From positions 1 to 50,203 of the forward strand of contig LVLI01000612.1 of NCBI GenBank assembly GCA_001687465.1: a stretch of 50,203 nucleotides of DNA. The letters are read 5' to 3'. How positions within the stretch are numbered: the stretch's first letter is position 1; every line of letters starts with the position of its first letter. The stretch is from Halocafeteria seosinensis. Lineage: Eukaryota. Of this stretch, positions 26,001 through 34,650 are shown piece after piece. The position numbers and the translations under genes are program-made. The notes below the pieces were generated by a model. That model searched no databases. It was not told the DNA's origin and worked only from the letters and a program-made list of their open reading frames with translations.

Positions 26001-29000
26001 TAGAAGGATCGCAAGCTTCTGCCACATCCCTCCCGAACCGCAAATCGTTAATTAAGGTGTGCGGCAATTTCGATTCAGTACTAGGGAAGTCCTTGGGCGG
26101 GTGTCTAGAATTTAGAAGTTGAATAGGGCATTGACCATACTGTTCTATCTGTTGCTCTAAAGCTTGCCTCATTGCGTCATCTTCGATATGCTCAAAATCG
26201 ACAGCACCGCTGTAGGTCAAGTAGAAGTACACATTGTGAGCCATTACAGCCGATGGCCCTCGTTGTTTGTAACCGAAGATGAGATCAACCCAGTGGTGTA
26301 GCCTTGATGACACATATTCATTTTCGAGTGACATACGAAAAATATCCACAAAGTTCTTCGCCGCGGCAATATGATCGTCCATAGTGGCAGCTTCCTTTGA
26401 GGGAGGCCTACAATCTACTTGAGCAAAGCCCTCTCTTGTAGGATCATACGTCCAAGCCCACGGAGGGAGATTGACATGGTCTACGTACTCTCCCGTCTGG
26501 GATTTCCCAAAATCATATCTACTCCAGTTTATCAAGAAGGACGAGCAGTTGTAAAACTCTGGAATTAGTTCCTTTACTTCAGAGATAGAAGTCGTTGTCA
26601 GGTTCCATGTGCTAGCAATCGAATAAAACAAGCGATCGGCAACGTCAAAGTGTTGATCTTGATAGGCAACATGGCTCTCAGTGAAGGGTGACAATCTTAA
26701 TAAATAATGAACAACAGCCCCAACGGGTGTGCAGTAGTGACTGCCATACATGAAGGGAGGCATATAACTGTACCCCTCCTTCTTCTGAATCGCAGCAACG
26801 TGTTTACCAAAAGGCATGTCTACACTTCCACCAAGCGCCTTGAACCTTGACCAAGTCTCTTTTAGCCGTTCCTGCGACAGTGCACCCACAGGCTTACGCA
26901 GATCTCGATAAGTATTGGGATTCGCGAAATTTGGACGGTCAGAAACAAAATCACATATTGTCCATGGAAAGACGGGGTATTGAGTGATATCGTTGTACGA
27001 TCTCCCGGCGATAGAATTTAGCGCGAGTAAGTAGTCAAAGTTACTGATGCGTCGTTGTTTCCATCGCTGCAGAATACCACTCTCTAGCAGAACGTCTTGC
27101 GCAGTAGAACTAACCGGCTGGTAAGGAACTGGGGATGCTAATGCGGCAGTAACGGTGGCGGTGGGAGACTGAGAGACCGGCAGCGTATTTAGACATTTTT
27201 TTATCACTTTGTCTCGGACATGTTTGCTACCAAAGGCGAAGAAATAACGCTTGCGGCGTGTCCTTGTGTGTAGCACCAGGTCGATTTCAAGAGCACGAGG
27301 TTCGAGTTTGTAATGTCGGTGCCAAATGCCGGCTATTTCACGGACACTCCACATCTTTGCTCTTGAGCTCCGAACAACTGCTTCATCGGTATCGCTTTCC
27401 TCGGAGTACGGTCTCCATACCATCGTATCCTGGCGGAAGAAGCAAAATTCCCCCTTCGTAGATCCTGTTATCTTTATTAGACTGCACTCATACTTTTCGT
27501 AGGGAGCTTGATGCATTATAGAAAACGCATTTGTAGTCTTATGCGCGGGAAGCATGGCTCTATCCAGCGACTTAGTCGTCGATAACGCCGATCTCTCGCT
27601 CGGAGCGGATGAAATAGACTGCGAACGCTGAGACGAGACCTCTGGGGCAGTGTTCTCGGAAGTTGCTTCCACAACCGACTCGTCTTCGGGAGACGCCTCC
27701 ACCCTTTCAGAACGAGTGGTTCTGACAAGATCATCTTCAGCATCTTCTTCAAAAGCCGTTTCCGGCACGTCCTCATCGGGCTGGTCCACTTTGGCATTCT
27801 TCAGTATATCCTCCAGATCAGTGGTGTCTGTCCTTTGCGATGCACGAAATGCTCCATGTTGCTTATAGTTCCGCGCCTGAACTCTCTGCCGGCTACTCTT
27901 GAGCATCCTGGTCCTGTGTCCCCATACACCACTCCCTGCTACGATGGATTGAGGCGTCGTCCTAGCAGCAAAGCCCGTACCAACACAAGCTAAACCTGCC
28001 CCACCAACAGGAATATCATGAGAATCTATCTTGAACATTACTTGTGTAGAGTCACTCTCAGGAGCTGGCCCTCTATATGTCTCTATACAGGGACAGTCAG
28101 AGAGTATATCTGAAACAGACGGGTCACCACTTATGGCACTCGCACAACAAGGGGCAGTATCTGTACCAGAAATAAAGTTATGCAAAGCTTCAGAGGTGCT
28201 CTTCGCGGAAACAGCATTCAATCTCCGAAATCGCTGAAGCGACCATAGCAAAGCTTCGGCGTGATTGTACAAAAGCCTGTCCTGGGTGTATAGCTTCTGA
28301 GCGCTTGCACAGAGCTGCAAGCGATCTTGAACAGACAAACAGAACCTAAGCATATTGACCGATGATAAAGAATTCTGAGCGGCAACGCCACTGTCATTAC
28401 CCGTAGTCGTTATGTTGGAGAGGTTTGCTTGGTACAAGATTTCCGTTAATTGACTCGTGCTCACGAGGCACACAAGTTCGGCCTCCAGCGCACTAGGTTG
28501 AACGGTAGCAGAAGATAGCAATTCATTCAGCCTTTCGCGTGGAGGGGGCGTCTCGCCTTCTCGCGAATCTACGTCGGAGGGCACATTAAAGAATCTTATC
28601 ATCTCTGGAAAGCTCGCACCCACATTCTCCGAAAACTCACAAGCAATAGTTCCCCTAGTGGGAACCAATGAGAGAGAAAAGCAGCAAGAAGCTAAGCTCA
28701 GATGCATCGAACGAGTTACCACTACATCAAGGTCCTCGGTCAATGCACTTAGTAAGGCGATCCCTCGCTTGCGTTTCTCTTCATGGTAAAACGATGAAGA
28801 CTGAGGCGACCCTTGCGCGCCGTAAAGGTAATGCTCATCACGGAAGGCATCAACCTTGTCATCTAGGGGCCCAAAGTTGTATCCATTTATTATTGAGCCG
28901 ATGATAGCGACAGACATGTCTTGTGGCGAGGGTTCGTTATGCGCTCCTCGATTTTCAATCCTCTCGCTCTTATTCAAAACAGTCTTTAAGATTGCCATTA

Positions 29001-32000
29001 CTGCCATAAGACAGTCTTCTATGGAAACAGATTCCTTGTTGACATATGAATGACTGCGACTCAGTTCGGAGGCCCCCTGTGGCGATTGTCCTGATTCTGA
29101 CGAGTCCCTCATCAAACCCGTGTCTCGAGGGTCGACCGAACGAAGAGCCTGATTGATATGGTCAAATATCAGGCTTTGTACCTCCAGCGCATCGTTGTCC
29201 ATTTGAGATGCTTCCGTATCAACGCTATGTCGGTCGGCTGCCCAACAATCTGTGTGGACTATAGATTGAACGAAGTCAAGGAGCTCGAAAATTTCTCCGT
29301 CTGAACAGCGGCTATCGTCATAGTTCGACCAGTAGTCTACAATTATTCGAAGAGAAGGTAAGAAACCCATGAGCATCTCGATTGGAGAAAATGCTGTTCC
29401 TTCACTATTCTTGTTTGCCCCGTTTCTCAAAAGCTTCATGACACTGATCAGTTTACTAGATACCGTTGAAAACGCTTCCGAAGGCATCATCCTACAGAGA
29501 AACGCCAGGGTCTGGTTCCAGTTTACCCGGAACCTGTTTGGCAACTTATCTCTCCTCTTGAATACCATATCCATTATACCAGTTACTATCGTTGCCAACC
29601 GAGCAGGCCAATTCGATATGCGCTCTGAAATATAATACGAGCACAATTCCGCGAACAGAAGATGGCCATTCTCCTTGGTCGCCAATTCATTGAGGCATAA
29701 ACCAGAAAGTAGTTGCACAGAAACGTGCGATATAGAATGTATAATACTATCGTGGGAATGACCAGCTTCTTCCTTGAGCACTATCATAGGCTCTAGTCTT
29801 TGGATCCAGTTAATCAAGGAGATATCATCGGTCGCCTGGCTGTTAAGCGAGGACGAGTTTACATGACTATCTGTCAAGAGAGCGTGAGCTACGAGTAGCG
29901 GTTCTAAGACGCATTGTTCGAGCACTTCTTCTGCAGCGGTAAAACTCTCTAGACTCGTGTTGTGGAGCACTGTGCTAATCAGGTACAGACCAGAGTACAA
30001 AAGATGTGAGTCCACAGTTGTGCAGGTTTGACCCTCCATTCTGGCATTGCTCACTTTGGAACCAATATCAAATGAGGGCATATCGCCAGGAGTGGAGGCA
30101 GCGAAAGACTGGTGCGCAACGTTCTGATGTGCAAATGCTTGCTTGAGCATGTTCCAATCTGAGGCAGAAATGGAAGACGACATATCAACACCGACATGCT
30201 CATACCGCACACGGCTTTCCCAAGTAACTGTGGGAGCCTGATCGGAGCACTTGGAAGAAAACGACCGCAGGATACAGCTACCTATGATATTCCTTAGGAA
30301 CGGCACACTCTCTCGGTTAAGACGACATGCTCCGGTAACAAGATTTCCTTCCTGTATATCAAGAGGATACAAGGCCGACATCATCATCGATGCATATAGG
30401 CGACACCATACTGCAGTATTTCCTCCTTTCGGAAGATATCTCCTAAATTTGGCTACAAGAGCTGCATATGAGTGCGCCCGAGTGTATGTTTCTCGGTCCA
30501 TTGAGGACAGACTGTCTAAGATGGCCAGCGCCCTTAGGGCCGCGATGTCTGAACCGTATTCGTACAAGAGTCCACTACCCGAGTTGACGCCATCCACATA
30601 TAGGCAGTGGAACTTTTCAAGCGAAGGTTCGGGATCACTTATCAGTTGGAGAGTTGGGCCTTTTGTATGTGAAATGCCATCTGCCCCTTCTACAACTCCA
30701 TCGATATCTTCAATACTCAAATCAACGTCATCGTTGTTTGCATTAGCATCCTCGTTTATGACTACCGGCATTTCGACACAACCCGCGGTGACGCGTCCCA
30801 GCGGACAAGATAAAGAACCAAAGCTCTCCACGGATGAGATAGATTTTTCCGAGTTAGAAAATTTCTGAATGACGGAACTACATGCATCCACTACAGACAG
30901 AGAGTTCCCCCGTTCAATATTCATTCCCAGGACCCTAGCATGGTGAAATAAAGTACTCAGCACCTGCCAAACCACATAGAACCTGACTGCTCTATCACCA
31001 TTCGGCCATGTCAGCCTTGCTACTCGAGACAAAGTCGGGAAGTCCTTTAATTCCACGCTGAGTCGCTGGCGAAGGTCCGTCCAATCAAACGGCACCTGTG
31101 GGAGATCAATCTTTGGTGGACTGCTAAAGGCCGCCCGGTGCTTTGCCAGTAAACAAGTTCTCTGGAACTGAACCAGCGCCACGTTCAGTTCAATGCACAG
31201 CAATTGATGCTTTCCATGGATAGCCTGAAGTATGCGGCAAACGCGTTCGTTGTTGCCCTGCTGGGAAGGCGTAGGAACACCAGTCATGGAACTGTAGATC
31301 AAGCAGCTGCGGAATCCTTCCAGAACATATGCCGCGGAGGCAAAAATTGGGCCGTAAGCAGAATGTCTCAAAATATCAGATATTGCAAGAGAAGTTGCCA
31401 ATTGCGAAATCGGGCCGCTGCTGCTTACCATCAATCGTATACACGCAAAAAGCTCCTTTAGCACGTTCTCCATTCGCGATACATTTCGAGAGTGAAACAA
31501 GGGAGAGGCGACGCTATGAAATTCTTCGGGAGAAAATCTCGCGTCGGTAGCTGACGATTCTGTCATCAGAAACGCCATCAGATATCCTAATTCGTGCGGC
31601 ACACAACTCTGTAGTAGTAGACGAAGCAAGCGTCTCATCAGCGACACAACATTTTGGGAGATGTTTTTTAGAGCAGTGACGTCGTCGGTGGTGTCCGTCT
31701 GTTCCGGTTTCCATAGGGAATTCAGCGTGTGTATCTCTTGCACAACGCTGCCCATTCGTCTTCTCATGGCTTGCAGAGCGAGACTAGGGGACAGGTTAGA
31801 TAATGCAGCCAAGCGCGGTTCTGTTTCTAGCCACTGAACAGCCTGTTGAAGCCATTCAAGCCAAACAGTTGAATCAGCCCGGCTCCATAACCTAATATCG
31901 AAGATGATGTCCCTAACAGCAGACGCTGCTAGGGGATACATGTCCCATGTTATTTGCAAAAAGTACAGACACACGTTCAGCGTTTCTGTGGTCAGTGCAC

Positions 32001-33402
32001 GGCTATCAACCCGTCGTAGTGTGAGGCTTAAGAAAGAAACACCTTGTAGGGCATAAAATTGTTCAGCAAATTCTGGCGAATATTGTAATAGCCAGGCTAC
32101 CAATCTAAGTATCCCGTGGACTCTATCGATAATTCCTCGTATGCGCAAGCCGTTGTCCCCCGCTATCGTCCCGGTACCTTCCTGTTGGAGGCGTAGAAGC
32201 TCCCAGAATACAAAAGAGATTGAGTTGGGCCAAAAAGCTTTTGTTGCATCCTTCATTTTGGAAGGTAATGAGCGAAAAAGCGGTTGATGCTTTAAGTAAG
32301 ACGGAGATGCTATTTCTTCCCCCGTGTCCTTTTGGTCTCTAAGAAAAGCGTCGTGATAATCGCGGGTTGCTTCTACCAGAGTCATGGAGCTTTCAAGCGG
32401 AATCTTCTTTACTACAGGCAGCGACGACTTGGGCGTTCGAGAGCCGAAGGATATTCGTCGAAATGTTGCTACAGCTGATACTGAGCTCAATGCCGTCATC
32501 TCGGTAAAACTCAGATATCCTTTGCCTAATGACGACCATATGGATGCTTCCTGCTGACGACGATCCGGGGAATTGTGATCTTCCTCTGTGCCGGAAGAAG
32601 AGTCCGGCAAAGAATCCACAGGTGAAACGTACAATGCTACTGCTGGAACTCCAGCGCTGTTGTCTTCATGGGAGATATGACCCTGTTGACCATCTAACGA
32701 TGTTGTAGCAGGAACAAGACCGACTCTACGCACTTCTGTCGACCATCTCCACGGGAGAGTCGATCGGTAGGAATGAAGGAGCGAAGCAAAGTTTACACCT
32801 CGCCTGTGTAGCAGGTTAATATGATTCGGAGTTAAGCATCCATTGTACAGCATCGGATGTGCCATGGCCCCGTCGAGTCCACTTGCAAAGACGACCGAGT
32901 TAAATGCTACTTTGAGCGGCAGTTCTGCATTGGCGACTTCGACACCGTTGACGTACAGGTGGGTTTTCGCTTTCTTGAGAACCGGGACCGAGTGCACCAC
33001 GGAGAGGTGAAACCATTCTTGTAGTTTAATGGGAGCTGATGCTTTCACAGGACGTCGAAAATCCGGGTGACTTGAATAAAGGGCTAGTGTATAAGTTCCA
33101 GGGGTATCTTCGTGGTACAAGCTCAAGCTGCAGGAAATGTTGGGTCCGTACACTTTGTACACTTCCGCGGGACTATCGCTCAGAGCCAATGAATCCAACA
33201 TAAGCCACACTGAGACACTGAAACCGCGCTTATCATCTAGAAAAGAGGTCCCTCCTGTCTCCTTTTCCGTGATATGGAGGCCCATTCCTCCGCTGTTGCG
33301 GCACTCAAAAAAGGTCAATGCCGGCCATCGTGATAATAGCAGACTATTTCGAGCCGCAGGAGAAGATGCCCCCTCGCTTGTATATGCCTCGGAAAGACTC
33401 AT
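23074..33402 (-). CDS. BEACH-domain protein (neurobeachin/LRBA/LvsC-like): ConA-like N-terminus, PH-BEACH, insert, WD40; single 3442-aa ORF
   Basis: WKQRRISNFDYLLALNSIAGRSYNDITQYPVFPW, RDLRKPVGAL, FMYGSHY, FDVADRLFYSI, EVKELIPEFY, LENEYVSSRLHHWVDLIFGYKQRG, YGQCPIQL. N-terminal WFHLSVVH..LYVNG. Confidence 0.95.
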   Translation of the reverse strand: MSLSEAYTSEGASSPAARNSLLLSRWPALTFFECRNSGGMGLHITEKETGGTSFLDDKRGFSVSVWLMLDSLALSDSPAEVYKVYGPNISCSLSLYHEDTPGTYTLALYSSHPDFRRPVKASAPIKLQEWFHLSVVHSVPVLKKAKTHLYVNGVEVANAELPLKVAFNSVVFASGLDGAMAHPMLYNGCLTPNHINLLHRRGVNFASLLHSYRSTLPWRWSTEVRRVGLVPATTSLDGQQGHISHEDNSAGVPAVALYVSPVDSLPDSSSGTEEDHNSPDRRQQEASIWSSLGKGYLSFTEMTALSSVSAVATFRRISFGSRTPKSSLPVVKKIPLESSMTLVEATRDYHDAFLRDQKDTGEEIASPSYLKHQPLFRSLPSKMKDATKAFWPNSISFVFWELLRLQQEGTGTIAGDNGLRIRGIIDRVHGILRLVAWLLQYSPEFAEQFYALQGVSFLSLTLRRVDSRALTTETLNVCLYFLQITWDMYPLAASAVRDIIFDIRLWSRADSTVWLEWLQQAVQWLETEPRLAALSNLSPSLALQAMRRRMGSVVQEIHTLNSLWKPEQTDTTDDVTALKNISQNVVSLMRRLLRLLLQSCVPHELGYLMAFLMTESSATDARFSPEEFHSVASPLFHSRNVSRMENVLKELFACIRLMVSSSGPISQLATSLAISDILRHSAYGPIFASAAYVLEGFRSCLIYSSMTGVPTPSQQGNNERVCRILQAIHGKHQLLCIELNVALVQFQRTCLLAKHRAAFSSPPKIDLPQVPFDWTDLRQRLSVELKDFPTLSRVARLTWPNGDRAVRFYVVWQVLSTLFHHARVLGMNIERGNSLSVVDACSSVIQKFSNSEKSISSVESFGSLSCPLGRVTAGCVEMPVVINEDANANNDDVDLSIEDIDGVVEGADGISHTKGPTLQLISDPEPSLEKFHCLYVDGVNSGSGLLYEYGSDIAALRALAILDSLSSMDRETYTRAHSYAALVAKFRRYLPKGGNTAVWCRLYASMMMSALYPLDIQEGNLVTGACRLNRESVPFLRNIIGSCILRSFSSKCSDQAPTVTWESRVRYEHVGVDMSSSISASDWNMLKQAFAHQNVAHQSFAASTPGDMPSFDIGSKVSNARMEGQTCTTVDSHLLYSGLYLISTVLHNTSLESFTAAEEVLEQCVLEPLLVAHALLTDSHVNSSSLNSQATDDISLINWIQRLEPMIVLKEEAGHSHDSIIHSISHVSVQLLSGLCLNELATKENGHLLFAELCSYYISERISNWPARLATIVTGIMDMVFKRRDKLPNRFRVNWNQTLAFLCRMMPSEAFSTVSSKLISVMKLLRNGANKNSEGTAFSPIEMLMGFLPSLRIIVDYWSNYDDSRCSDGEIFELLDFVQSIVHTDCWAADRHSVDTEASQMDNDALEVQSLIFDHINQALRSVDPRDTGLMRDSSESGQSPQGASELSRSHSYVNKESVSIEDCLMAVMAILKTVLNKSERIENRGAHNEPSPQDMSVAIIGSIINGYNFGPLDDKVDAFRDEHYLYGAQGSPQSSSFYHEEKRKRGIALLSALTEDLDVVVTRSMHLSLASCCFSLSLVPTRGTIACEFSENVGASFPEMIRFFNVPSDVDSREGETPPPRERLNELLSSATVQPSALEAELVCLVSTSQLTEILYQANLSNITTTGNDSGVAAQNSLSSVNMLRFCLSVQDRLQLCASAQKLYTQDRLLYNHAEALLWSLQRFRRLNAVSAKSTSEALHNFISGTDTAPCCASAISGDPSVSDILSDCPCIETYRGPAPESDSTQVMFKIDSHDIPVGGAGLACVGTGFAARTTPQSIVAGSGVWGHRTRMLKSSRQRVQARNYKQHGAFRASQRTDTTDLEDILKNAKVDQPDEDVPETAFEEDAEDDLVRTTRSERVEASPEDESVVEATSENTAPEVSSQRSQSISSAPSERSALSTTKSLDRAMLPAHKTTNAFSIMHQAPYEKYECSLIKITGSTKGEFCFFRQDTMVWRPYSEESDTDEAVVRSSRAKMWSVREIAGIWHRHYKLEPRALEIDLVLHTRTRRKRYFFAFGSKHVRDKVIKKCLNTLPVSQSPTATVTAALASPVPYQPVSSTAQDVLLESGILQRWKQRRISNFDYLLALNSIAGRSYNDITQYPVFPWTICDFVSDRPNFANPNTYRDLRKPVGALSQERLKETWSRFKALGGSVDMPFGKHVAAIQKKEGYSYMPPFMYGSHYCTPVGAVVHYLLRLSPFTESHVAYQDQHFDVADRLFYSIASTWNLTTTSISEVKELIPEFYNCSSFLINWSRYDFGKSQTGEYVDHVNLPPWAWTYDPTREGFAQVDCRPPSKEAATMDDHIAAAKNFVDIFRMSLENEYVSSRLHHWVDLIFGYKQRGPSAVMAHNVYFYLTYSGAVDFEHIEDDAMRQALEQQIEQYGQCPIQLLNSRHPPKDFPSTESKLPHTLINDLRFGRDVAEACDPSITESRGRERKQDTPRPARCSHLFVAPTYKHKLLHVSVLEGISFWRPLATLPMEDLMRYRTASSTAASPNASLDDWPHRMDDKIYGFSIGDVVSVGSAKPTSSAMIFSDGISDIRDIVLQYQDANANAPAPLAFPLGFRLQARFASTGANGESMAVWVPLPPAKYVALGCMVTLLPPEKASRAAEAGDAVEDLSSQALKEFTGGLTAPTLDSVVCVHESLVNSAEPSMRAHAPLSHCYLSVHKDSDSGKQSKARQMHVNSLWSVDSPFATFVVPDLQSYFKELEKYGDNVQRFEAYNETSDYREWYSYCLANEMSYTLDLSKFNQPFKAKENQLGMENFGPFKSPWLHDTARAQGMRDIAYTQAVPNGQGRCICVDSSLNLAALGLTVLYGSSENEKNFVPVSPLPDIPWKRWLSRPEAEEEAYIHDETVENYAIRQGIENKLAFCQQLTWSLLCKTLKQVAKSSIESEQLERLRLICNTSHADELLKWSSCPPEIAFPPTGNLYMSAEGSVRSIFDNSVPTDLSLKVESVSSQDEEVRNDVPSDFCVSFSPRANIMATNAGGSTGIRVLAIDPYDGTATAGMDICPVNSKVTALTIVDDGSFIAAGFADGGVQIWPILSLHDGFGSLSAKDKRSESQDSGRVRSRRSVSTGLLSTVSLSQPMAPTRPHMEYPPPSRGSKVTRVSVSAKYDAVVVGYVGEAWLYELGRSRPLKCWKWADQQLGGVEHCASQVKCVSAEFVCKNAVVLVWDGFAPSSTGSPEDGYAISYISREDIDQRVTSSPLKWKHPHSHGKAIKAKNRSHHASITCTNVLDSNPSETGTCDASPFSGPSEGSYGHGPSETLAIGDSQGNVVLLDALKLQPLVHFFTNSPVCSISKSDSRGYFFVGCSQGCVSAFALPGIENVASKKNAGIIAFEKVSTQVQRHAASLGYSAVATKDRAESAAHSTKQFASEFRSTLKGVFSNVFGKKKKPTSEG

Positions 33403-33575
33403 AATGAGCTGTATAGAGCGTGTTGAATGAAAAAGAGCCCCCGGGCCCGGGTTACCCTATTTTCTCCTGTATTATGGTTGTTTTATGACGTATTATCAAT
33501 CAGCACTCACTCATACATTCATAATTGTTATATACAGTAGTGTGTCATAGGGTTGGTGCACGACAATACAATTAA

Positions 33576-34467
33576 ATGGCCGATAATAAGCCATCTTCTT
33601 CCTCTGGAGGAGCGGGAGGAGGGGAGAATGAAGCCCATACAGAGTATATTTACAGTTTACAACAGCAGCATGCCCGAGGGGGGTCTTATGTTACTCGCGA
33701 GGAAGCTTTGCAAAGCTTCCCCGACTTGAAACAGTTCCAGAAAATGGAAGAAAACCTCGAAACATGCTGGAAAAAGGCCGTGGACTTTTGGAAAAGCCAG
33801 GATACGGAGACGGATACCTCCTTTACACAGTCCATAGAGGCTCTAGCAGAGCAATGGGGCAAAAGTTCCAAGTCATTAAAGGTACGTCTTTGTGCCATCC
33901 ATCCTCTCCCGCGCAGTGGAATCGGGAGCTGTCTAAAGAAGCCATTGCAACGCAGAAAGCCATGAGAGATTTGGTGCTCTTATTACGTACGGCAGCGACA
34001 CAGAATGTCTCTCCTCAGATGCTCAAACAGGACCTTATTAACCTACGTACGTCTGCCGTTGTTGAGCCTGTGGCTGTTGTTGGACTGGGACTTGCTCTTG
34101 GCCTCATACAGGTGCCGGAGAGGCGTTAGCCGAGCTTGCTCATACTAGATGGAGTACAGACTTAATAGACTTAAATAAAGCGATACAAGCATCGATTACT
34201 CCCCTGCAAGAGTTGCTCGATATGCGGTGGAGGTTTGGAATTACGGTGGCCACAGAAGAAGTACGGCAAGTGGGAAGCTCGTACCTCTTGGTTACACTAG
34301 TCGTATCCGATCCTAAGAATCAGAATGGCCACGTTTCAAGGCATACGATGGAGCTATCCATACCTCAGTTCTTTGATATGTTAACACAGTTGGAAAAAGC
34401 CAAAGCTGTAATGGATTATTTGAGTGGACAAGGGGGAGATACAAATGAAGGTGACGAGGAAAAATAG
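33576..34467 (+). CDS. COMMD7: COMM domain protein, COMMD7-like; 3 exons (33576-33881, 33956-34026, 34112-34467)
   Basis: COMM domain LLDMRWRFGITVATEEVRQVGSSYLLVTLVV..MELSIPQFFDMLTQLEKAK. The upstream helical domain joins in frame. Confidence 0.8.
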
Positions 34468-34650
34468 GATGTAGACAATAAACATCCATTGGATTGAGAT
34501 TATGGATAATGAGTGTATTTGGTATTTTTTTAAGTATAGTGAATTGAAAAAAGTCTATGTACACAGAAAGAAAGGAAAAACAAGTGTATAATACTGAATG
34601 TCACATAACTCCCTCGACTTACACTCCTAGCTCAAACCTAGTGTACAGGA

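Noticed and set aside
23458..31714. Many short ORFs overlapping the BEACH gene
   Set aside because: Alternative-frame or antisense ORFs inside a continuous 3442-aa coding sequence.
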